Positions 9,554-17,839 of a stretch of 64,000 nt of DNA are shown one piece after another. The position numbers were made by a program, and so were the translations under genes. Numbering within the stretch: the stretch's first letter is position 1; each line of letters opens with the position of its first letter. Origin of the DNA: Bacteroidota bacterium (GTDB lineage Bacteria > Bacteroidota > Bacteroidia > Bacteroidales > UBA12077); the NCBI GenBank assembly GCA_034189025.1, contig JAXHVS010000055.1:18278-82277 (forward strand). The letters run 5' to 3'. The notes beneath the pieces are model-generated. The model did not search any database. It was not told where the DNA came from and saw nothing but the letters and a program-made list of their open reading frames with translations.

Positions 9554-10150
9554 TTAATTGCTTGTTAAATCAATGTTGTGGACCGTTTCGATATAATAAA
9601 TAATTTCCTTAAAAAATTTAAAAAATAGATTTTTTAAATATCCATAATTTTCTTGAAGAGTAGTTATTGCAAATTCAGCATGATCTGGTAATGAAGTATA
9701 TTTAGCCATAGTGCTAAATACATCTTTTATGCCTTCAATTTTTCGGTACGAATATAATCGTTCATTTCTAATTAAATTGGGAAACATTTCTTGTACTTCA
9801 GATGGCATCATCTCTTGGTATTTGTACAATAGTTTGTGAAAAGAATCAATAAAATCAATTAAATGAGTAGTAGAAAACTGCTCCCAGTTTGAAGCCAGAA
9901 AATGATCATAGATAATATCAATTATAATTCCAGAATATTTTCTGTATTTAGGTGCAAATAGTTGTTTTGCTTCACTGGTATTTTTGTTAACATCGGTAAA
10001 AGAGTCAATATATCGATGTAATAAGATTCCTTCTTTAATTTTATCAGGGTAAATATGAAAAGCTTTTCCTTTGATATAATCACCCATAAAGTTACCAATC
10101 TTTATTTGTTCATCTTCTCCTGAAAGATATATATGTGCTAAAAAATTCAT
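9554..10150 (-). CDS. acpH: acyl carrier protein phosphodiesterase (AcpH family)
   Basis: 198 aa. The N-terminal MNFLAHIYLSG...IGNFMGDYIKG matches my recollection of the AcpH family signature. Confidence 0.85.
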   Translation of the reverse strand: MNFLAHIYLSGEDEQIKIGNFMGDYIKGKAFHIYPDKIKEGILLHRYIDSFTDVNKNTSEAKQLFAPKYRKYSGIIIDIIYDHFLASNWEQFSTTHLIDFIDSFHKLLYKYQEMMPSEVQEMFPNLIRNERLYSYRKIEGIKDVFSTMAKYTSLPDHAEFAITTLQENYGYLKNLFFKFFKEIIYYIETVHNIDLTSN

Positions 10151-10385
10151 TAGAAGTAATATTTAACGATGTATAATCTAATCTTTACTAAATTAAAGTT
10201 TGTTTTTAGCAAATTGTTCAAACCTTCAATCTTTTTTTTGTTTTTGTATATGTTTCTTAACATATTTCTGCAATTTTATTTTGTAATCCCTAAAAAATCA
10301 CGGAAAAATCTATTTGTTCAAGACTTGAGTATTCAGCGGGAAATAACTTTATCTGTTGAAAATTATGATTTTTCGGTTTAAGAAT

Positions 10386-10393
10386 TAACTTTG
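10386..10393 (+). promoter_or_regulatory. candidate -7 promoter box (TAACTTTG) for the COG2403-like gene
   Basis: Matches TAnnTTTG, 47 nt upstream of the ATG at 10440. Confidence 0.4.
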
Positions 10394-10428
10394 TTGAGCA
10401 ATTTTTTAAAAATATTAATTAAAACATA

Positions 10429-10436
10429 AAGGAGGA
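10429..10436 (+). promoter_or_regulatory. strong Shine-Dalgarno sequence AAGGAGGA
   Basis: An 8-nt match to the canonical SD, 3 nt before the ATG at 10440. Nearly all other starts I inspected in the window have no SD. Confidence 0.6.
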
Positions 10437-10439
10437 TTT

Positions 10440-11780
10440 ATGGCAAAGAAAAATGTATTAATAATCGGAGCCGCTGGAAGAGATTTCCATAACTTTAACA
10501 CTTATTACAGAGATAATGATGATTATAATGTAGTTGCTTTTACAGCAGCTCAGATTCCGGATATTGATGGACGTAAGTATCCTGCAGAGTTAGCCGGAAG
10601 ATTATATCCTGATGGAATTCCAATTTATGCACAGGATGACTTAGAAAAGCTTATCAAAGAGTTAGATGTTGAAGATTGTGTATTTTCATACAGCGATGTT
10701 CCATATCAGGTTGTAATGAATATTGGAGCCTTGGTAAATGCTGCCGGAGCTAACTTTGTATTATTAGGCCCAGGGAAAACAATGGTTGAAAGTACTAAGC
10801 CTGTTATTGCTGTTGGTGCTATACGTACAGGTTGTGGTAAATCGCAAACATCGCGTCGTATTATTGAACTATTAATGGAGCAGGGACTTAAAGTCGTTGC
10901 TATTCGTCACCCCATGCCCTATGGTGATTTGGTTGCACAAAAAGTTCAGCGTTTTGCAACCATTGAAGATTTAGCAAAACATAAATGTACTATCGAAGAA
11001 ATGGAAGAGTATGAACCTCATGTACAACGCGGTAATGTGATTTATGCAGGGGTTGATTATGAAGCGATTTTAAGAGAAGCAGAAAATGACCCTGATGGCT
11101 GTGATGTAATTCTTTGGGATGGTGGGAATAATGATTTCCCATTTTATAAACCCGATTTAATGGTAACAGTTGTCGATCCACACCGTCCTGGACACGAACT
11201 ATCTTACTATCCCGGTGAAACTACTTTGCGTATTGCCGATTATGTGGTGATTAATAAAATGGACTCAGCTGATGCTCAGGCAATCCAAATTGTTAGAGAC
11301 AATATTGCTAAAGTTAATCCTAACGCTGTTGTTGTTGATGGAGCTTCACCACTTACCATTGACAAACCCGAATTAATTAGAGGTAAAAAAGTATTAGTGA
11401 TAGAAGATGGCCCAACATTAACCCACGGTGAGATGAAAATTGGTGCCGGTACTGTTGCTGCTAACAAATGTGGTGCTGCTGAGTTGGTTAACCCAAGAGA
11501 ATTTGCTGTTGGAAAATTAGCCGATACGTTTAAAATTTATCCTAATATTGGTACTTTATTACCAGCTATGGGATATGGCGACCAACAAGTTAAAGACCTG
11601 GAAGCAACTATTGATAAAACACCATGTGATGCTGTAGTTATTGCTACTCCGATTGACTTAACGCGAATAGTGAAAATTAATAAGCCAACGGTAAAAGTAG
11701 GTTATGACCTTCAGGAAATTGGTCAACCCAATTTATCTCAAGCAGTGAATGATTTTATTAAAAAGAATAATTTGAAATAA
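10440..11780 (+). CDS. P-loop protein of the COG2403 / cyclic 2,3-diphosphoglycerate synthetase-like family ('predicted GTPase'), function unknown in bacteria
   Basis: 446 aa. N-terminal Rossmann-like VLIIGAAGRDFHNFN and Walker A-like GAIRTGCGKSQTS. The family assignment is from memory of homologues. Confidence 0.8.
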   Translation: MAKKNVLIIGAAGRDFHNFNTYYRDNDDYNVVAFTAAQIPDIDGRKYPAELAGRLYPDGIPIYAQDDLEKLIKELDVEDCVFSYSDVPYQVVMNIGALVNAAGANFVLLGPGKTMVESTKPVIAVGAIRTGCGKSQTSRRIIELLMEQGLKVVAIRHPMPYGDLVAQKVQRFATIEDLAKHKCTIEEMEEYEPHVQRGNVIYAGVDYEAILREAENDPDGCDVILWDGGNNDFPFYKPDLMVTVVDPHRPGHELSYYPGETTLRIADYVVINKMDSADAQAIQIVRDNIAKVNPNAVVVDGASPLTIDKPELIRGKKVLVIEDGPTLTHGEMKIGAGTVAANKCGAAELVNPREFAVGKLADTFKIYPNIGTLLPAMGYGDQQVKDLEATIDKTPCDAVVIATPIDLTRIVKINKPTVKVGYDLQEIGQPNLSQAVNDFIKKNNLK

Positions 11781-11801
11781 TTAATTATTTTTTTATGATA
11801 G

Positions 11802-11836
11802 AAAACTGTCTCTATAGTTGAGGCAGTTTTTTATTT
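11802..11836 (+). terminator. rho-independent terminator of the COG2403-like gene
   Basis: AAAACTGTCTC-tatagtt-GAGGCAGTTTT forms 11 bp with one G.U pair, followed by TTTTTATTT. It lies 22 nt after the stop codon. Confidence 0.7.
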
Positions 11837-11869
11837 GGTATGATTTTGGATAATTCCTAATAAATAAAG

Positions 11870-11877
11870 TATTTTTG
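11870..11877 (+). promoter_or_regulatory. candidate -7 promoter box (TATTTTTG)
   Basis: Matches TAnnTTTG, 36 nt upstream of the ATG at 11913. Confidence 0.4.
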
Positions 11878-11912
11878 TATTTGATGTTATTATCCAATTA
11901 AATTTAATTGAT

Positions 11913-12527
11913 ATGAGAAGTTTTGTTTTGGTGCTGGCATTTATATTTTGTTATACATTTTTAAATGCACAGGTAATCTTACCCGATAAACCTGATACTA
12001 CAAAAATAAATCAGGAGAATGACGAAGAAATATCAATGAATGAGAGTAAATCTGATGAATTAAAAACAGATGTTGTTTATTTGCATGATAAAACGGTTTT
12101 GAAGGTTGATGTTAAAAAAATTTATCAGAATAATCTTTATTACTCCTTGCCGGGCGATGCAAAAGTAAATCAAATGGATCAACGGTTGGTATATAAAATT
12201 GAATATAAATCAGGAAAAACAGAGATTATAAACGAAGAACCACAAACGGTTAGGAACATTAATGATTATCGTAAAGTTAAAGTCACTTATAATCCTGATG
12301 ATGTTGATGGTATGGTTGAGGTAGCTAAGCTTGAAGCCAAAGCCGAGGGGAGCGACCGAAGTTATTCTACAGCCAAAACCCTTGAACGAACAGCAATTAT
12401 TATTTTAAGAAGAAAAGCTGCCTTAGTTAATGCCGAAATGGTTTTAGTTACAGATAAAAAAGTACATGTAGCTTTTGGTGAAATTCCTTTTACTATTTTA
12501 TACGGAACAGCCTATTCTTATCGGTAA
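11913..12527 (+). CDS. secreted protein of unknown function, paralogue of 32573..33145
   Basis: 204 aa with signal peptide MRSFVLVLAFIFCYTFLNAQ. It aligns by eye to the 190-aa ORF at 32573 through shared blocks D.xYL, VT.N.DDV.G, GS.R..S.AK, AA....VLxT, FGE.P and G.AY.Y. Confidence 0.8.
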   Translation: MRSFVLVLAFIFCYTFLNAQVILPDKPDTTKINQENDEEISMNESKSDELKTDVVYLHDKTVLKVDVKKIYQNNLYYSLPGDAKVNQMDQRLVYKIEYKSGKTEIINEEPQTVRNINDYRKVKVTYNPDDVDGMVEVAKLEAKAEGSDRSYSTAKTLERTAIIILRRKAALVNAEMVLVTDKKVHVAFGEIPFTILYGTAYSYR

Positions 12528-12537
12528 AAAAAATTAT

Positions 12538-13899
12538 TTATTCACTTGTTTCTGTTATTTTGTCCATCTCATTTGTAATCTGAGTGTATAATTTCTTTAT
12601 TTCCAGCAAATGCTTATTTTTAAACCATTGCATAAATTTTAATCTAATTTTAGCAAACCATTTTTTTATTCCTATATAATAGTGAAATGCAAATAAACCG
12701 GTAAAAGGTAAGGTAATGATATACCCTAAAGTAATCCATCCTGAATTAAAGATATTTGTTCCAATAATAGCCATAATAATATAATAAACTGGAAATGAAA
12801 TTAATGCAATAACTGTCCTGAAAGAACTGATGAATTGAGGATCCTTAATTTTTTTTGTTATCCAAACCGGAATTTTATAGGGTAAGTAATTAAGTACTCC
12901 TCCATAAAGATATAAGGGTAGTAGCAATATAGCCAAAAGTAATTGTCCTAGTAATCCAAGAGCAGAAAAATTTCCTTTTTGTATTACCCAATGTCGGAAA
13001 TTTAATTTTTTTAATAAATGTACATATTTTAACGTTATAGTATTTAGGGATTTAGCTTCTGTGGGGTTTTTCTCGGTAAATTGATTTAAATCGTTAATAA
13101 TTTTTTTCTGAGCATAGAAGTTATTTGGTTGTTCGTTATTTTTAAACCCCATTTTTTCAATCATATGTGGGAGGTATAAATATCTTAATTGATTAAACAT
13201 CTCATAATATTTATCACTTTCAATATGGATCATATATTTTTTTAATTCCTGGGCAATTCTTTCTCGAAGAAGATTTAATCCTCTGGGAGGATTTTTCTTA
13301 TATTCTTCATAATATTCTGAAACGGGGATTGGTTTTCCAAAATTTATAAATAATCTGCTCCGGAAATTGGAATAATGAGTCCAGTCTAAGCCCACAGGAA
13401 CAATTTTAATATGTAAGGAAAAATCATTCGCTTCTTCAGCTTCAAAAGTAATTCTGGATATTCCCTTTTTTAGCGTACGCAATTTCCTAAGTCCGGCATG
13501 ATTTCCTTCGGGCAGGATAACAAGTCCGTTTTTATTTTTTAAAACATCAATGGTTTTTTGAAATATTTGATCATTATTTTTTAGGCTTTCTTTTCCATCT
13601 CTAATTCGATAAATCGGAAGGATTTTAAGAAACGTTAGAATTTTTGCGATGGATTTTTTTTTAAAAATGTCGGCTCTGGCTAAAAATACCGGTTCTGTTT
13701 TAACCGTAGCTAAAATAGCTAAAGCATCCATCAATGCATTCTGATGGTTAGGAGCAAAAATAATAATATCATTTTCAGGAATATTGTGTAGATTATGAAC
13801 CGTTGTCCTGAAATAGGTTTTAGTAACAAAATTTACATAAACCCTTAGTAATGTATAACCCCAATGTCTTTGTTCAATAGTATCTCTGCTTATTGCCAT
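12538..13899 (-). CDS. PlsC/LPLAT-family acyltransferase with C-terminal membrane domain
   Basis: 453 aa. Acyltransferase block FAPNHQNALMDAL and PEGNH block ILPEGNHAG. The C-terminal roughly 130 aa contain hydrophobic helices. Confidence 0.85.
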   Translation of the reverse strand: MAISRDTIEQRHWGYTLLRVYVNFVTKTYFRTTVHNLHNIPENDIIIFAPNHQNALMDALAILATVKTEPVFLARADIFKKKSIAKILTFLKILPIYRIRDGKESLKNNDQIFQKTIDVLKNKNGLVILPEGNHAGLRKLRTLKKGISRITFEAEEANDFSLHIKIVPVGLDWTHYSNFRSRLFINFGKPIPVSEYYEEYKKNPPRGLNLLRERIAQELKKYMIHIESDKYYEMFNQLRYLYLPHMIEKMGFKNNEQPNNFYAQKKIINDLNQFTEKNPTEAKSLNTITLKYVHLLKKLNFRHWVIQKGNFSALGLLGQLLLAILLLPLYLYGGVLNYLPYKIPVWITKKIKDPQFISSFRTVIALISFPVYYIIMAIIGTNIFNSGWITLGYIITLPFTGLFAFHYYIGIKKWFAKIRLKFMQWFKNKHLLEIKKLYTQITNEMDKITETSE

Positions 13900-13911
13900 A
13901 AGAAAGTTTTT

Positions 13912-14844
13912 CTAATCATCAATTTTTTTTCTAGCCCAAATGGAGGCTATTCCTATCCCTGCAACAATATGCCATATTCCCCACCAAGCTGCAATAAATG
14001 CCATGCCTCCTAATTCTAATTCGGGTGGGAAAAGTTTGGGATTAAAAATTAATACTAAACCTAATCCTGAATTTTGAATTCCTGTTTCTATGGATATTGA
14101 ACGTCGATCTCTCCTTGGAATTTTCAGAATGGTACTAAACGTAAACCCGGTTAGCAATGCTAGTGCATTATGAATAAAAACAATTAAAGCAATGAGATGA
14201 ATATATTTTATAAAATAATTAAAGTTATTAGATAAAGCAGCTACTACATACCCTGCAAAAATTAATAAAGAAAGTATTTTAATGGGCTTTTTAATTTTAT
14301 TGGTTAATTCGGGAAATTTTTTTGCAAATAGCATACCTACGATTAATGGAATCCCTAAAATGATAAAAACTGTTTGGAATATTTGAAACGGATCAATTTC
14401 AATGGGCCTTAACAATGGATGAGATTTAGCATATAAACTGCCCCAAAAAGCAAAATTGGCAGGAGTCATAAATATTGCTCCTAAAGTAGCAACAGCTGTC
14501 ATGCTAACCGATAAAGCTATATTTGCTTTAGCTATGGAAGAAATGAAATTAGAAATATTTCCTCCCGGGCAAGCTGATACTAATATCATCCCTAATGCAA
14601 CAGCAGGCGTAGGCTCTATAATTAAAATAAATATAAATGTAATAAATGGTAATAGAAAAAATTGAGATATAACTCCAATAATCAATGATTTAGGTTTTTT
14701 TATTATTGTTTTAAAACTTTTAAAGTCAATCTCAAGTGCTACACCAAACATAATAAATGCAAGTGTAATATTCATAAACAATAATCCACCCTGGCTAAAA
14801 TTGAGATGAATTTTATCTAAAACTTCCAAAGAGTTTGCAGTCAT
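13912..14844 (-). CDS. bile acid:sodium symporter (BASS) family transporter
   Basis: 310-aa polytopic protein with BASS-like segments (ACPGGNISNF, GIQNSGLG). It lies 12 nt upstream of the acyltransferase on the same strand. Confidence 0.88.
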   Translation of the reverse strand: MTANSLEVLDKIHLNFSQGGLLFMNITLAFIMFGVALEIDFKSFKTIIKKPKSLIIGVISQFFLLPFITFIFILIIEPTPAVALGMILVSACPGGNISNFISSIAKANIALSVSMTAVATLGAIFMTPANFAFWGSLYAKSHPLLRPIEIDPFQIFQTVFIILGIPLIVGMLFAKKFPELTNKIKKPIKILSLLIFAGYVVAALSNNFNYFIKYIHLIALIVFIHNALALLTGFTFSTILKIPRRDRRSISIETGIQNSGLGLVLIFNPKLFPPELELGGMAFIAAWWGIWHIVAGIGIASIWARKKIDD

Positions 14845-15054
14845 AATTCATTTTTTTAGTTGCGCGTAAAAATACACATTTTGAAATGAAAAATTATAAT
14901 CCTTAATCTGTAATCTTTTTTTGTTCATAAAACGCGATTGATTTTTTATCAAAAAAATAGCCAATAAATTCGATTTTATCCTATAAGATTTATAAATTTA
15001 CATTGCTATCATATATCTTGCCTGTTCAAAGAAATTAATAAACCTATATAATTT

Positions 15055-15483
15055 GTGGATAATAGCGATGTTTTAAAACTTATTGATGAAGTTTCGGAAG
15101 TACTTTCATTATTGATTGAATTAAAAAAGAAAGGCCGATTTCGCGAAGCATTGGAAAAAATTGATAAAACGCTTTTAGAATATTTCCATTTGGATTCTGA
15201 ATTTATATACTCAGTATCAGAAGATTTTTTTATTGATGCCCTGAAACAAAAGAAGAATTTAACATTTGAACAACTTTCAACATTAGCCGAGTTATTAAGC
15301 GAACATGGCGATATTCTATTAGAACAAAATAATCTTAAGCAAAGCCAGAAAGTTTTAAAAAATACACTAACAATATATTATTTCCTTAATGAGGAGCAAG
15401 ATTTTTTCTCATTTAAAAATATGAATAAGATGCTTTTAATTAATGAGAAGTTATCGAAAATTAATGTTGAGATAAAAAACTAA
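15055..15483 (+). CDS. hypothetical all-helical (TPR-like) protein
   Basis: 142-aa ORF with a GTG start that fills the gap between two minus-strand operons. I recognise no motif. Confidence 0.55.
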   Translation: MDNSDVLKLIDEVSEVLSLLIELKKKGRFREALEKIDKTLLEYFHLDSEFIYSVSEDFFIDALKQKKNLTFEQLSTLAELLSEHGDILLEQNNLKQSQKVLKNTLTIYYFLNEEQDFFSFKNMNKMLLINEKLSKINVEIKN

Positions 15484-15488
15484 CCTTA

Positions 15489-16829
15489 TTAATGCTTCTT
15501 AATTCGTTGCCTCAATTTTTCTGTTTCTTTTTCAAAACCTGGTTTGCCAAGCAATGCAAACATGTTTTTCTTATAAGCCTCTACTCCTGGCTGATCAAAT
15601 GGGTTGATTTCCAACAAATAACCACTAACAGCACATGATTTTTCAAAAAAGTATAATAATTGCCCTATAGAAAATTCGTTAAGTTTGGGTATTGCTATGC
15701 TTACATTTGGTACTTCCCCATCTACGTGAGCCAACATTGTTCCCTTTTCCGCCATTTTATTTACAAAATCTATAGGTTTCCCGGCAAGATAATTTAGTTT
15801 GTCAAAATTATCTTTATCTGAAGGAATTTCTAATTTAAAGTTATTTTTTTCAATCGATAGAATAGTTTCAAAAATATTTCTTCGTCCTTCCTGAATGTAT
15901 TGTCCTAATGAATGCAAATCAGTTGTAAAACTTACGCTGGCAGGAAAAATACCTTTATGCTCTTTTCCTTCGCTTTCGCCAAATAATTGTTTCCACCATT
16001 CGGCAATAAAATTTAAGCGTGAATCATAATTTGCAATGATCTCAATATTTTTTCCTTCTTGGTAAAGTAAATGACGAATTGCAGCATATTGATACACCGG
16101 ATTTTTATCAAAAGATTCCGAATTGCTTACCTCAAGCATTTTTTTAGCTCCATTAATAAGTTCATCAATATTAAATCCTGCAGAAGCAATAGGTAAAAGG
16201 CCTACAGAAGTTAATACCGAATACCTTCCACCTATGTCATCGGCAATCGTAAAGGTTTTATAATTTTCTTGTGTTGCTAATTTTCTTAAGGCTCCTTTTT
16301 TAGCATCGGTTATGGCAACAATTCTTTGTTTTGATGCAGTTTTTCCAACTTTTTCTTCTAGTTCTTTTCTTAAAATTCTGAAAGCAATGGCTGGCTCAGT
16401 AGTTGTTCCTGATTTAGAAATAACGATAATTGAAAAAGATTTATCTTTTAAATATTCTGTTAACTCATGATGGTAGTCTTCAGATAAGTTATATCCGGCA
16501 AAAATAATTTCTGGTGCATTGGTTTTTTTCTTAAAATGTGGTGAAAGAGCTTCAATAACTGCCCTTGCTCCAAGATAAGAACCTCCAATGCCTATAACTA
16601 CAATAATATCTGATATTTTTTGTAAGTCAGCAGCGGTGTTTTTTATATCATTTAATTCTTTTGGGGTAATAACATTTGGGAGGTCTAACCAACCAAGAAA
16701 ATCGCTTCCTTTGCCTGTCTTTTTATTCAGCATTTCTACCTTTTTGTTAATCAATGTTTTGTGGGCATTTAAGTTTTCTGGCTGAATAAAAGGCAAGATA
16801 TTGCTTATATCGATTTGAATGTTTTCCAT
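15489..16829 (-). CDS. pgi: glucose-6-phosphate isomerase
   Basis: 446 aa with SIS-domain motifs GIGGSYLGARA and ISKSGTTTEP, plus GGRYSVL. Confidence 0.95.
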   Translation of the reverse strand: MENIQIDISNILPFIQPENLNAHKTLINKKVEMLNKKTGKGSDFLGWLDLPNVITPKELNDIKNTAADLQKISDIIVVIGIGGSYLGARAVIEALSPHFKKKTNAPEIIFAGYNLSEDYHHELTEYLKDKSFSIIVISKSGTTTEPAIAFRILRKELEEKVGKTASKQRIVAITDAKKGALRKLATQENYKTFTIADDIGGRYSVLTSVGLLPIASAGFNIDELINGAKKMLEVSNSESFDKNPVYQYAAIRHLLYQEGKNIEIIANYDSRLNFIAEWWKQLFGESEGKEHKGIFPASVSFTTDLHSLGQYIQEGRRNIFETILSIEKNNFKLEIPSDKDNFDKLNYLAGKPIDFVNKMAEKGTMLAHVDGEVPNVSIAIPKLNEFSIGQLLYFFEKSCAVSGYLLEINPFDQPGVEAYKKNMFALLGKPGFEKETEKLRQRIKKH

Positions 16830-16842
16830 AACAAAACAATTT

Positions 16843-17838
16843 TTATCGTAAGTTTTCAGTAAGTAATTTTATTTCTATTGCTGGAGAAATCTTTTCATAC
16901 AGGATGTTATAAACAGCTTCGGTAATGGGCATATTTACTAAATATTTTTTATTGATCTCAATAATTGATTTTACAGCATAATAACCTTCGGCAATCATAT
17001 TCATTTCCAACTGTGCCGATTTTACCGAATAGCCTTTTCCAATCATATTTCCAAAGGTTCTGTTCCTGCTAAATTGAGAATATGCGGTAACCATTAAATC
17101 GCCCAAATAGGCAGAACCTTCAATGTCTCGTTGAATAGGGTGTACGGCATCAACAAAACGTTTTATTTCTTGTATGGCATTGGCAATTAATACTGCATTA
17201 AAATTATCGCCATAGCCTAATCCATGACAAATTCCCGCCGCAATAGCAAAAACATTTTTTAAAACGGCAGAATATTCTATTCCATAAATATCGTCTGAAA
17301 TACTTGTCTTGATATAATGTGATGATAATATATTGGCGATCTGGCGCGCAATTTTTAAATTTTGTGATGCAATGGTAAGATATGACAAACGTTCAAAAGC
17401 TACTTCTTCTGCATGGCATGGGCCGGAAATAACAGCAAAATTTTCAAAAGGAACCTGGTAATGTTGGTTAAAGAATTCGCCAATAATTAAATTTTCGTCG
17501 GGGACAATCCCTTTAATAGCAGAAACAATGGTTTTATCACTAATATCATTAGATAAACCCTCCAGAGCCGATTTAAGAAAAGCTGATGGTATAGCAAAAA
17601 TCAGAATATCTGCATTTTCCACAGCATCACTTAAGTTGCTATAAAATGAGATTTTTTGGGTGTCGATGGAAACAGCACTTAAATAAAAGTTATTGTGTTT
17701 ATGTTGTTTTATAAACTCAATTTTTTCTTTGCTCCGCATATACCAATGAATATGATTGGTATTTTCCAAGAGCATTTTAATTATAGCTGTTGCCCAGCTG
17801 CCCCCGCCTAATATTGCTATTTTGGGTTCTTCGTTCAT
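16843..17838 (-). CDS. gpsA: NAD(P)H-dependent glycerol-3-phosphate dehydrogenase
   Basis: 331 aa with N-terminal dinucleotide fold IAILGGGSWATA and GpsA-type GLGYGDN and NMIAEG blocks. Confidence 0.95.
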   Translation of the reverse strand: MNEEPKIAILGGGSWATAIIKMLLENTNHIHWYMRSKEKIEFIKQHKHNNFYLSAVSIDTQKISFYSNLSDAVENADILIFAIPSAFLKSALEGLSNDISDKTIVSAIKGIVPDENLIIGEFFNQHYQVPFENFAVISGPCHAEEVAFERLSYLTIASQNLKIARQIANILSSHYIKTSISDDIYGIEYSAVLKNVFAIAAGICHGLGYGDNFNAVLIANAIQEIKRFVDAVHPIQRDIEGSAYLGDLMVTAYSQFSRNRTFGNMIGKGYSVKSAQLEMNMIAEGYYAVKSIIEINKKYLVNMPITEAVYNILYEKISPAIEIKLLTENLR

Positions 17839-17839
17839 G

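Noticed and set aside
10169-10381. A 70-aa ORF in the acpH / COG2403 divergent intergenic region.
   Set aside because: The translation is hydrophobic and low-complexity (FFLFLYMFLNIFLQFYF). It ends just upstream of the candidate promoter box for the downstream gene. It is more likely non-coding promoter DNA.
15054-15062. A perfect DnaA box, TGTGGATAA, raising the possibility of oriC in a window that also holds parA/parB.
   Set aside because: It is a single isolated box overlapping a start codon. I saw no cluster of boxes and no AT-rich DUE next to dnaA or dnaN. One 9-mer match in 64 kb is unremarkable.
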